In this document: in pieces, positions 1 to 12,226 of the stretch | Numbering within the stretch: position 1 is the stretch's first letter | How the letters are laid out: every line of letters begins with the position of its first letter | Assembly (NCBI GenBank): GCA_963677765.1 | Contig: OY782392.1 | Location: 570,001-602,000, forward strand | Direction: 5' to 3' | DNA from: Candidatus Saccharimonadota bacterium | GTDB taxonomy: Bacteria > Patescibacteriota > Gracilibacteria > BD1-5 > UBA6164 | Length of the DNA stretch: 32,000 nucleotides | Position numbers and translations under genes: made by a program | Notes under the pieces: model-generated | What the model saw: the letters and a program-made list of their open reading frames with translations, nothing else | Databases searched by the model: none | What the model was told of the DNA's origin: nothing

Positions 1-3000
1 GATGAATTAGTTAAGAATTGATTATCAAGAAATATTGCAGTACCTACTACTTATTATTATGAAGATGGTGATGAAAAAAGTACTTATACTAATTATTTGT
101 TTTGAAATAAATGAACTAATTTAGTTTCAGCTGAACAATGTAGTATTTATAGATGAAGTTTAGATAATTGATGAACACTTGTAGAGGCTAATAGAGGTTT
201 AAATATTAATAATATACAAGTTGATCAATGAGTTTTAGATTGATTGCCAATTAGTTGAACTCAAAAGGCTCAATGTTATTCAAGAGTACAAAGTTGAACA
301 GCAATGAATTGAATAAATTGAATGAATACTCCATTTAATTTGGATCAAGATGCTTCTGCTGATTGAGAGCTTAAATTAAAAAACTCTAATTATAAAGGTT
401 CTATAACACCATTGTTTGATATGGGTTGAGCCAAAGCTATAGATGATGAATCAAAAACAAATAATCCTTTTTATTGTATAGATAATAACTATTTATTATC
501 AAATAAAGAAGAATATCTTTCAGAATTTTGGTGAGATTCAAGTTCTTGGGCTACTACTTATAAATTGGGTCAATATACATCAAATGTTGCATGATATTTT
601 TGATGAATGCAATCATGGTCATGTAATAGTACAAATAATGCAATAAATAAGGTTTATAGTTTTACAGATACATTTGATCAAAATTATATTAATTTTGATT
701 TTTGATTTTGTGAAGATAATAAAATATATTTAGATTGAGTTTTAGTTAAGTCATGAAGATATGAACAACTAACTTTTACTAATGATTATGATTATACTAG
801 TGAGGTTTTTGATGAAGATTTATGAGAAAATGTTTTTTTAACTACTACATTTTCATGAGATACTTATGAGTGTGATGGTTATTATATTACTGATCCAGAC
901 TGAAATGTTGTTGATAATTCATTATCATTACGGGAAATAAACACTTATAGATATAAATCTATACCATCTTATATAATGCATAAATCTCCTGAGCCAGAAG
1001 ATTTAACTACTCAATTGGATGTTAAAGTTACACCTAGTTTACCAGTTGATAAAGATAGATATATAGATTTCATTGCAGCTAATGGTTCTTATCAAAAAAT
1101 AAAATACCCATATTTATATAGATTAGAAATTGATGATAAATCAGATTTAAGTATAGAAAAAGTTTCTGAAGCTTTAGATGAAGTTTTAGATGAAAAATCA
1201 TATGAGATTAATCAAATTATACAAGAATCAATACCTAATTCATGATGAAGTACTTCTAATAATAATTCGACTTGAGAGACATGAAGTATAGCTGATTTTT
1301 TCTCGAGTTTATGAGATGTTTTTGATTGAAGTGTTGATAATCCATGAGAATATACTTCTTGATTAACAAATAATTCAAAGTTTATTGATAATCCAGAAAT
1401 TTATGAATTATTAAAAACATGAACTTATCCTCAGGCTAATTTTGATTTAAAACAATATTTAAAATCAAAATGAACTACTACATTAGAATTATGAGGTGAA
1501 TCAAAAACACTTAGTTATTATGATGTTTTAGTATTTGCTATATATTGGAATAATTTAAATTCAGTATCTGCAAAATATTGATTTGTTTTTGAAAATTATT
1601 TATCAGATCAAAATTTATGATGAGAAGAATATTTTTTACCAAAAAATAAATCTCAATATGAAATAGCTTATTTATGAGCTCCTGGATCAGTAACAGATAT
1701 GTATATATGACTAGATCCTGAATCTAAATGAGAAAATCCTTATTCAGATATTATTTGAAATAATCAAGATATATCAACTAAAATACTTTGATTAAATGTT
1801 TGAACTTCTAATTCTTATGATGAATGATTGTTTAAATGTGCTCCACCTGAATGAGTTCCTATTTGGGAATGGATTCCAGCAGTTATGTGTCGGTTATGAG
1901 AAATGTTACCTCCTACAATAAAAATTTCTGATTGAGCATGTTGACCTAGCCTTTTATCAAATGAAGAAAAAGAAGAGTTAGAACAATGTAATTGAGATGT
2001 AAATAAAAATTGAGTTAATGATTGTTTAGAAACTAAATTATCTTCTTGAAATATAGTTTTAGAATCAGATAGTAGTAAATATAATTATAATAAAAATATT
2101 TCATTAAAAGCCTCTATAAAGAGTGAAGATTGAAATGTTTTAACATATTTATGAGCAACTGATATAAAATTTGAATTATTAAAAGTTGAAGCATCAGTTT
2201 CTAGTGAAGAATCTATAGATTCTTGATCTAAAGAGATTATATTTGATTCAAGTTCTTCAACAAAGTCGGATTATTCTTTACTAGAAGGTTATTTATCTTT
2301 TGAACCTCTTACTATTAAGTCTAGTGCTTGAGTTTCAAATCATATGTTGACTACTAAGAATAGAGATTTAAATATTTATTTAAAAGCTAGTATTAATATT
2401 TATGATTCAGAATGAAATTTAAATATTTCAAAAGAGTCTGAAGAGTTAGAAATAAAAGTTAGATGAGATAGATTATTTAATTCTAGTTATAAATTAGATA
2501 ATTCTTCTTGAAATCTTGATATTATAAGTTGAAGTAATTTTGTTAAAGCAAATAGTAATTCAAATATATATTTATTTGATGGTAACATAAATTCAATTGA
2601 ATCAATTAAAAATCTTATTAATAATAATTCTACTTCGCAAGAAAAACTTGCTATAAAATTAGAAAATTTTGATAGATGATGAAATCCAATAAGTATAGCT
2701 TATCCTGTTAATATTATTTTATCTAAAGATTGAGAAACTATAGAAGAAAGAGAGTTAAATGCATCAAATATTTGATCTTTTGCTGAACTTTTTTCACTGA
2801 CTGAGTCATGAGAATATAAATTAGTAATAATTGATTCTAATTGATCTTCAACAAATAGAAATATTGATGTTACAGCTTGAAATCCTTCTAAAATAGATTT
2901 AGAACTTTCTACCACAATTATGGAAATTTGATGAAATGTTTCTACTAATTTCCTTACTATTTTAGATGAATATGATAATCCTGTATCATGAAATTTTTAT

Positions 3001-6000
3001 GATTTAAGATTTAATATTGATTGAAATTGAGTTGTTTTTAATGATAGTAACTCTAAAGATTTTTTAACTACAACTTATGAATGATATAAAATATTTAGGT
3101 TAAAATCTACAAGTAATAAATGAAAAAATACAATTAATGTTGCTTTATTAGATAACGATTGAAATTTTATAATTTCAGAATCAAAAGACTTAGATGTTTT
3201 AGATTGAATAAATATAAATATAAAAAGTTTAACATGAGATTTTAATGTATGATGAGAAGAAAATACTCTTCAAATTGAATTAAGGGATTGAAATTGAAAT
3301 ATTATAAAAAACTTTAATTCAAGAGTTTATCTTATTGTTGATCCAATGTATCTTGATATAGATAAACCTTATTTTGAAATAAATGCTTGAGTTTGATTAG
3401 CTAATTTTAAAACAAAAACTTTAGCGTGACAAGATATTCCTATTGAAATACAAGTAGAAGGACTTTCTACTATTGTAAATGATAGTATTACTATATTACC
3501 AGATAATGCTATTAAAATGGATTTGGTTCTTTCTAAGTCTAGAATGGAAGCTAATCCAGATATTAACTCTAATGTTAGTGTTGAGTTAAAAGATAAATAT
3601 AATAATTTAGTATTTACTGATAATTCAACTATCACAGAAATTGAAATACTACCTGAATATTCTCATATTTTGAGTTCAGATAAGGATAGTCAAGTTGTTT
3701 CTAATGGTAAGTCTATTTTTAAAATATATGGTACTGTTAATCCTTGAGTATGATATTTTAAAATATCTACCAATCCTTCACTTACACAAAATAGTTTTAC
3801 AGTAGAAGATGAAAATTGACAAATTACAATTAATTGAGTTGGTGAAAATGCTTGAAAAATAGAGACTTTTTATGTTTGGAATAAAGATAAAATTTCAAAT
3901 AAATTTTATAATTCAATATATACTACTCTTTTGGGTTCAAATTATTGAGATATTGATACAAAGGATTACTTAGCATGATCAATAATTTTTGATAAAAATA
4001 GTAAATGATTGGCCGTTACTTCTTTGATTAATAATCCTTTTTCATATGATGATACTTTTGGATTTTTTAATAATGGAGCTTTTATAAAGAAATATTCTGA
4101 TTCTGATTTATCACAATACATATCTTCAAATATATCTTTTGATAAATGAAATTTATTTGTAACATTGTTTAATAATTCTTTGAATACTTATATATGAAGG
4201 GTTCAATATAACTTGTGAGATGACTTTGATTTTGATACTTGTGATAAATTAACTAATTGTTGAACTTGAAATAAAACTAAATTATTTTGAGTTAATACTA
4301 ATGAAAACTTTAAATTTTATACAAGTAAAAATAGTCTTGTTTTACAAAATAATGTTTGAAAAAGCTTATTAGAAGTTAATGAAAATTGAACAATAGAAAG
4401 AAAAGGTTTATTGACTTTTGATTTATGAGAATCTAATAGTTCTGGATTAATAATAGATATAAAACAATGAGATACTAAAATTGCATCTTTATTTTATAAT
4501 TTTGTCTGAGCAGATATAGATATTTCTAGAGATGAAACTTCTTTTAGTGCTAAAAAAGATATTTCAAAAAACTCTATACTTATTTATTTAAATTCTTCAC
4601 AATATTGAAGTTATAAAAACTGAAATAATGACTCTTATGAAGTTAATATTTTTTATAATGATCCTTTTGCATCAGATAATGTATTAAATAATTTTTCAAA
4701 ATGAAATAATTATTCTTATGAAAATTTTGAAAATAAATGATGATTATGATGGTATGAATGAAATAAAACATTGTTATCATTTTCTTCATGAGAATCAGTT
4801 TGAGAATCTTTAAAAAATTATGCAAGTTTTTCTAGTATTAATTTATGAGACCCTGTTGTTAGTCTTAAAAAAATTAGAAAGAAATTTAATAATTCTGAAG
4901 AATATAAACAATTTGATTCTACTATATGAAAAGTTTTAAATAATGATGGAGATATTAGAGATTATAGATTATTAGATTATAATTCTGATTTAAGAGATGA
5001 TATTATATTAATTAAAAATGATTGATATATACAATTATTAGAAAATATTGATACAGAAAGTAATTATTTGGATAAGTGAAATCTTGCTAATATAGTTGAC
5101 TTAAAATCTACAGAACTATTAAAAACTTGAGATTTTACATGAGATTGATTTTTTGATATTTTCTTTGTAGGTGATGATTGACAACCTTATATGCTTAATA
5201 ATATAAGCAAAGATTTTTCTAGATTATCATTATACAATAAATTTAGATTAGATTGATCTATAATTAGAGCTGAGGTTTTTGATATGGATAATGATGGAAT
5301 AGATGATATTATTACTCTTGATGATGCTTGAGAAATAAATATTTTTTACTGATCTTGACCTAGTGCTAATCCAAATTTTACTAAACTTACAGTTAGTGAT
5401 GATTATTGAATTAAAATAAGTTCTGATGAAAGAAGTGATTCGGCTTATGTTTATTTTGATTGATTATATCAATTAGATTCTTGATTAGATAATACTGATA
5501 GAATATCAGAAAATGAAGCATATTTGAATGATTTAGTTAATCAAATCAATTCACAAAGTGAAACTGATATGCAAGAAAAAATAGATTATGATCTTATTAA
5601 TAGTATAATTTATGAACAAATAGCTTATAATAAGCCTGATAATTTAGTTGATTCAGTATCTTTAGATGATTTATCTAACTTGCCAAATTCTATAGATCAA
5701 ACTACTTTTATAAGGTCAGAGTATTCTAATTCAGCTTGAGTTGAAATTAAAAAAATATACACTGATAGAAATTGATGATTTTTAGCTTCATGAGATATAG
5801 TTGATATTGAAATTAATATAAGAAATAACTCTTTATCAACAATTGAAAATATTGCATATATAGAAGATGTATTAGAATATTTTACTTTAGATACATCATC
5901 TATCCAAAATAGTAAAGATTTAGAAATAAAAACACCTAGTGTTTATGATTTTATGATTGATGAGTTTTCTTTATCAAGTAATGAAACTTTAACTATAAAT

Positions 6001-9000
6001 TATTCAGTAGAAACAAAAGCTTTAAAATACTGACATATTCAAGTATGACTTTTTGAAGATTGAGAAGCTTGAGATGATTTATTTTGAGATATTTTATTAA
6101 AAGATAATGAAGAAAACTGTTGATTAGAGTTAGAGATTTTTAGATCTACTTCAGTAAGAACTTACCAAAAAGGTATAAAAGAGCCTATTTGTGATGATGA
6201 GATACCAGAAGAATTAAGCCAAAATTGAGTTGATGAAAACAATAATTGAATACCTGATTATATAGAAGAATTAACTTGAAGTACTCAGGCATTACAAGAT
6301 TATTCAGAAGAAACATTAAATGATATGTTTCTTGATAGTGATTGAGACTGATTGCCTGATGAAGAAGATTTGTTTAATTGATGATGAACTATTTCTATTG
6401 ACTTATGAAGTTTATGAGATGATATAGAAAATTGATTAGAATCAGTTGAAAACTTGATCAACTGAATGAGTTGTTGATTTAATAATTGAGCATGTTTTGC
6501 AAGTCCATTAAACTGGGCTCCACTTGCTCCTTGAGGAGATCCAACTTTTAATTGAATGATGATATGAGATTGACTTAATATAGATGAAGGTTTACCTATA
6601 TTTTCAGCTATAACATGGACACCTATTTATGTTCCTGCTTGTGTTCCAATACCTACTGTTTGGCCTATGTCTTCATCTGCTATATGGTCTGCTTGTTCAT
6701 CATGACCAGCATGAATGGATTGAGCTTGAGGTTCTCTATGAGTTTATTCTCCTACAAATACTTTTAGACTTTTTGTTACTCCTACACTAACATGATGAAT
6801 TTGAGTTGCTGCTTGTTTTTGAGCTCCCCCTATAGTTGCTTGATACTCAAACATGCCTTGAATTTCACCATTATTTCCAGGATGAAACTGTATAGTAGTA
6901 GCTAAGCCTTTAATATGATGTAGTAATGATTGATCTGATTGAAACCCTGCTTCTATGTGACAAGTTATAAATTGATGAAGTTTTTGATTTATAAACTGAA
7001 ATTGTAGTGTTGATGATTCTTGAAATTTATCTGTTGATAATTGATATGTTGATAATTACTATGATCATTTAGTTAATTGAACTAATTATGAGTGATTAAG
7101 TTCTGCAAATGAAGCAATTTCTGATCATTCTACAGCTTGAAATTGACCGCTTTTTGCTATAGCTTGAACTTGAAATGAAATATCTGTTACTGTTGATCCA
7201 AATAGTAAATCTGTAGACTTTTCTGATATAACTGAATTAGTTCAAAAAAGAATTCAAGCTTTTCCTTGATTTCTTATGAATTGGGTTACAAGACAAATAG
7301 AAGAAATAGTTACTAAATTAACTGATTTTCCGACTATTTTTGTAATATTACCTGATTTTTCTTGAATTTTTGATACTGACCTTACATGGGAAGAAAATAG
7401 AAAAATGTGGTTTGAAAATTCTTGAAATAAAAATAGAGCTGAATCTATGAATTGAGTTACTTTAGATTCAGATATAACTAAGTGAATTAATACTGATAAT
7501 ATTGAAAATGAAAAATTAAGGAATGCTTCTGAAAGTATAAACAGTGCAAGTTCAACTTTGAATGAAGAATTTAAAAAGGTTGATTCTTGAATTAAAGAAG
7601 CCTATGAATTTATTGGTAGTTTACCTTTGGTAAAAATAGAACAAGAACCAGTAGATATTCAAGTTCCTTGGATTTCTGTAACAGAAATAGATAAAACTAT
7701 TTTAACACGGGAAAAAACAATAGAATCTCGGAGAACAGAAATTAGTAATTTTTCTGATTCTTGGACTTATTGAGCTACATGTGATGAATGAGATCAAGAA
7801 TGTTTAGATAAAAATGCTGCTTATGAAAAGATTATAGTTGACGCAAATGCTTTAGTTTCATCATTAGAAGCTAATTTAGATGCTATAAATGACTACAAAG
7901 AAATTCCAGAAAAAATAAATAAACTTATTACAAAAAAGGAAGAATATTTAGAACAAATATTATGTAATATTGAAACTATTTCTGAAATTTTGGGATGACG
8001 GATAGGTAAAAACTGAGAAAGATTTAAAGCTTGGGTTGAATTATATGTTTTAATAAAAGCTATTTTGAAATCTTGGCAATTATTAATCGATGTATTTGTT
8101 GATTATGAAGAAGAGTGTAAAGAATGTAAAAATGAAAGACAAGATTTACTAGGTTCACAATTCGAATTAATTAGTATGGTTGTTCCAGATATACCTGTTA
8201 TTCAATTTCCAAAATGGCCTGATATTATTATTGATTTACATAATATAAGGGCATGAATGACAGTATTATTACCAGAATTTAATATATCAACTAAGCCTAT
8301 ATTATTACCAGAATTACCAAATCTTTATTTACCAGAATCTCCAAGTGTAAATATTAGTCTGCCAAGTTTACCAGTAATTCCTACTTTAGAAATACCAGAA
8401 TTACCTGACTTACCAAGCTTGCCAACAGTAGAGTTGCCTGATTTACCACCACCACCAACACTACCAAAAATGTTTGCACAATTAGAAGCTATACTTGATG
8501 TATTGAAACTGATAACTAAAGCTATGTGTATATTAAAATCTTCACCATTCCATCCAGAATGGAGGGCTTGAGATCAAATTGCTTTCTTAACAGAAAGAAA
8601 CTGATATCTACCTACTGATTTTCTTAATATATCAATGCCACAATTCTCATTTCCATTTATTGATGCAATAAAAGTTACAACATATGTTAATTTAGAATTT
8701 GAAACAGAATTTATTGTTGAACTTGCTAGACAAGTTGCAATGCCTATAAATAGTTTTACTTCAGATTTCACTAATTTGTTTAATATTAGTACTAATGATT
8801 TAGATTTCAGAGGTTATACTCCTAGTCAAATTGATATTGAAATTTGAACTGATGGTTGAGCTGATACTAATATATGATTAAATGAATCAAATAATTCTAT
8901 TTCTGAATTAGTTACATTTATTCTTACTAAAAATATATTATTAGGTAATGATTATATTAAAGATAATAAAGATGTTACAGTTACTAATTTAGAATTTAAA

Positions 9001-11733
9001 CAACTTATTTCAGAAAACTTATCTTCTGATAAATTTACTTCTGATCCAAGATTTGATGAATTAAGAGAACTTTGGAATAATGTAAATAATTATTCTTATT
9101 CTTGAGAAAATAAACTAATAGATGAGTTACAAAAAAATAATTTTGAAAAATTTGAAACTTTAAAAGATATTGTTAATACAGAAATTATTAAAAATAAATC
9201 ATTTAAAGAAGATTTTAATGATATTATTAATAAGAAAACAATAAAAACTTCTTTATATAGTGATACTCAAGTTGAAAACTATAATAATATGTTGGATACT
9301 TATAATAAGAAGTTTTATGATACTGCTATGAGTTTAGTTTCTTATGATTCAGTAAATGATAAAAATAAACAAGATATTATTAGATCATGAGAAAAATTAA
9401 TCACACAAGTTAATACTGCATTATCTTCTTATACTTCTTGAATTAAAAATACAAATAATTTAATTGCAGCAAATACTACTACTTCAGATAACCAATCTTA
9501 TACTTGAAACAATTATCTTAATAGTGCTGAAAATTCATGTTCTTCTTGAAATAGTAATTCAGATTATTCTTATGTTTATGAATGAATATATATAATAGAA
9601 GATGATAAATCATATAGATTATTTGATTATCTTAGTGAGTTAAGATGAGATGAAGAAGTTGTTATTACTGATAGTGAAAAAGATAGTGATGAAGATTTAT
9701 TATACTTATCTAATGGTACATTATATTTAAAAAATAATTTAGATATAATTGATGAAAATGATGGAAGTAAATCAAATCCATTATTTGTAAGTAAAAATGA
9801 TAATAAATTTTTAAATGATAGTAACTTTATTTCTTCAGTAAATAATGTTAGAGAAAGAAGTGTTTGATCATGAGTTATTAATTTATGATTTACTGGGGTT
9901 CCAGGTATATATAATTATAGATTTAGCTTTTATACTTTAGTTGATAGATTTTTAAATGAAGATAATACTTCATATACACCTATTTTTAGAAAAAAATCTA
10001 TTGTTGATTCTTTTGCTTGAGTAAATGAAGTAACTTTTGTAGAAGAAAATGATAATTATATTATTAGTAAAAATGTTGTTTCTATTGATAATTTATGAGA
10101 TTTAAGATGAGTTAAAATTGAAACAGACGAATTAAAAAATATAACTAATGATATAATAGCAGGTAAGGTAATAGTTTTATCTAACCAAACTAAAGTATAT
10201 TCTTGAGATTCTACAGCTGTAATAAGTTATCTTGATGATAATAATGACTTAAAAAATGTTGTTATATCAAAAAATAGAAATATGGAAGTAAAAGGGTCAA
10301 TGAAAGTTGTTTCTATAACTTGAAATGCATATGTAAAAACTTGAAATGATCTAATACTTGAATGAACTGATATTTTATCATTAAAATGACTACCTCTTTT
10401 TGAATGAACTAAAATATCATATATAGGTAATGATTACGAAGTAAGAGATAATACTTATATTGATTTAAAATATTATGATGGCTCTGAGTTACCAATTTGA
10501 TTTACAAAAATTTCAGATTGGTCATATAATGATTTATGAAATATTTCTACTAATTATCTTCTTTCTATAAGTAGAAATAATGATTATTATTATTGAGTAA
10601 TAAATTGATTTAAAGATTGATTAATATCTACTAGCTCAAAACAAATACTATTATCACCACAAATTCGTGCTGATAATAGTATTCCAGAAATTAATTTTTC
10701 ATCTATAAGAATTCCTGTATATCAACAAATGGATATAAATTTAACAAATAGTATTTATGATAATAATTGAGTAGCTCAAGTTTATATCGATTTTGATTTA
10801 GATATTGATAGTTCATGAGATTGAGATCCAAGAAATGACAATGATAGTTCATCTATGGATACTTTAGATATTTATAGAAATTCTGATTTAGATTTTGTTT
10901 TAAAATTATGAACTTTCAAAGAGTTATATGACAAAGAAATTTGAATAATTGCAATTGATGATAATTGAAACGAGGCTTTTCAAAAAGTAAAATTTGAAGT
11001 ATATAGCCCTATACCAAAAATTGTTAATTATGAAGATAACAATATAATTTGAAATATAAATGAAAATTTAAATCAAGAACCTATCTCTCTATATAGATAT
11101 AGATGATGAGTTATATCTAAACTTACATGAGATGAAAATTGAAATATAGTTTATACACAAGATTGAGAATATAATTTTTGATTAACTGAAAATACTACTT
11201 GAAAAGTAAATATATTTAGTGATTGAGTTGTAATTGCAGAGATTAATGAAAATACTGGTTTAATTAACTTGAATGATTCAAGTTATAATATTGATGTTTT
11301 AGAGTCTAATAATATAAATAACGATACTGTTTATCCAAAAATGGTTTTAAATAAATCTTGAGAAGAATTATTTTATCAAACTATAAAGGTTAAATCATGA
11401 ACTAAAGTTAATATTGTTACTGATTTTTCTGGTATAGAAGAAAATGGTATTTATGTACAATTTTTAGATAAAGTTAATTATAATTTTAATTTAATACCTG
11501 AAAATGCTAGTTATAACTGAGGGGATATGATGATTTATAGATTAAATGATTCTAATAACAGTCCTTTATTTATAATATTTAAAGATTGAAGAATAAATAC
11601 TTTAAATAACAACTATAGCTTAAAATATGATAGTTTTAATGACTATATAGTTATAAAATTATTTGATAATAATTTTAATAGAGAAGTAGCCAGTGTTCTT
11701 TATAAGGTTGATAGTGACTTTATAATAAAATAA
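1..11733 (+). CDS. Giant secreted/surface mosaic protein, 5'-partial (at least 3,910 codons in window), putative adhesin
   Basis: Read codon by codon, frame 1 has no TAA or TAG from nt 1 to the TAA at 11731-11733. The standard-code ORF-track fragments at 976, 3517, 5524, 8065, 8257 and 8635 all lie in this frame and are separated only by TGA. The ORF contains Ig-like repeats, FG-GAP-like repeats (GDFTGDGFFDIFFVGDDG; VFDMDNDGIDDIITLDDAGEINIFYG), DxDxDG-type motifs (DSDGDGLPDEEDLF) and a proline-rich LPxLP block. A strong hairpin follows the stop. Confidence 0.8.
2040..3790 (+). other. Array of Ig-like (Big_1/invasin-like) beta-sandwich repeats inside the giant CDS
   Basis: The translation shows recurring ~90-100-aa modules with the pattern D-x-(D/Y)-(G/N)-N-x-(V/I), then T..G.....(L/I)...., for example TILDEYDNPVSGNFYDLRFNIDGNGVVF...KGKNTINVALLDNDGNFII and VSVELKDKYNNLVFTDNSTITEIEIL...SNGKSIFKIYGTVNPGVGYFKI. 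This is pattern recognition only, with no HMM run. Confidence 0.45.
5128..5352 (+). other. FG-GAP / VCBS-like (integrin-alpha-type) repeats inside the giant CDS
   Basis: The peptides K-T-G-D-F-T-G-D-G-F-F-D-I-F-F-V-G-D-D-G-Q-P-Y-M-L-N-N and V-F-D-M-D-N-D-G-I-D-D-I-I-T-L-D-D-A-G-E-I-N-I-F-Y-G match the D-x-(N/D)-x-D-G-x-x-D-hydrophobic consensus. Several of the Gly residues are TGA-encoded. Confidence 0.6.
8257..8475 (+). repeat. Proline-rich (L/I)P-x-LP peptide repeat block inside the giant CDS
   Basis: The translation reads LLPEFNISTKPILLPELPNLYLPESPSVNISLPSLPVIPTLEIPELPDLPSLPTVELPDLPPPPTLP. This is visible directly in the ORF-track peptide at 8257. Confidence 0.75.
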
Positions 11734-11763
11734 AAAAAGAAAGCTTTTATGCTTTCTTTTTTT
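11732..11763. terminator. Bidirectional rho-independent terminator between convergent genes
   Basis: A 13-bp perfect stem aaaaaaagaaagc / gctttcttttttt has the 6-nt loop ttttat. A-run and T-run flanks allow use on both strands. It starts 1 nt into the giant gene's TAA and overlaps the stop of the minus-strand gene. Confidence 0.8.
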
Positions 11764-12115
11764 ATTTATTATAATATATAGTTATATATTTTGATCTATA
11801 GTATATATTTTGTAGTAAATTATATTTTTTTCTATCATTAAAATTTAAAAAAGATTTCTCTTTATATTTTATTAATGATTTTTCCAATCTTTCTTCAAGT
11901 TTGTTTAATTTAACTATATCTTTTTTATATCTAGCATCCATAAAGTAGTTATCTAGTGCTTTGTTTACTGCTTTTCAATAATCTTCTTCTACTTGAGTTG
12001 TAGTTATAGCCATTTGTTTAAAAACTTTTATTTCATCATTATTAGCATATGAATAATTTATAAAGTTAAAAGTTATTCATAATAAAACTATAGAACTTAT
12101 TAATATTTTTTTCAT
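11762..12115 (-). CDS. Small secreted hypothetical protein (117 aa)
   Basis: The reverse-strand ATG is at 12115-12113 and the TAA at 11764-11762, giving 354 nt. The translation is MKKILISSIVLLGITFNFINYSYANNDEIKVFKQMAITTTQVEEDYGKAV..., with a signal-peptide-like N-terminus and 2 in-frame TGA codons. Confidence 0.6.
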
Positions 12116-12192
12116 AATAATTATTATTAATATTTAATTACTTATTTAATATACATAAAATAATTAATATGTCAATATATTTTATATTAAAT

Positions 12193-12221
12193 AAAAAAAG
12201 AGTTAATTTAACTCTTTTTTT
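12193..12221 (-). terminator. Rho-independent terminator downstream of the 741-aa gene
   Basis: A 12-bp stem aaaaaaagagtt / aactcttttttt has the 5-nt loop aattt. It lies 6 nt past the stop at 12227-12229. Confidence 0.7.
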
Positions 12222-12226
12222 TATTT

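Noticed and set aside
2700-2915. Minus-strand standard-code ORFs inside the giant gene: 2700..2915, 3369..3635, 4643..4825 and 8574..8771
   Set aside because: All are antisense to the continuous frame-1 ORF. They are short, have no motifs, and are explained by the absence of TAA/TAG/TGA by chance on the opposite strand.
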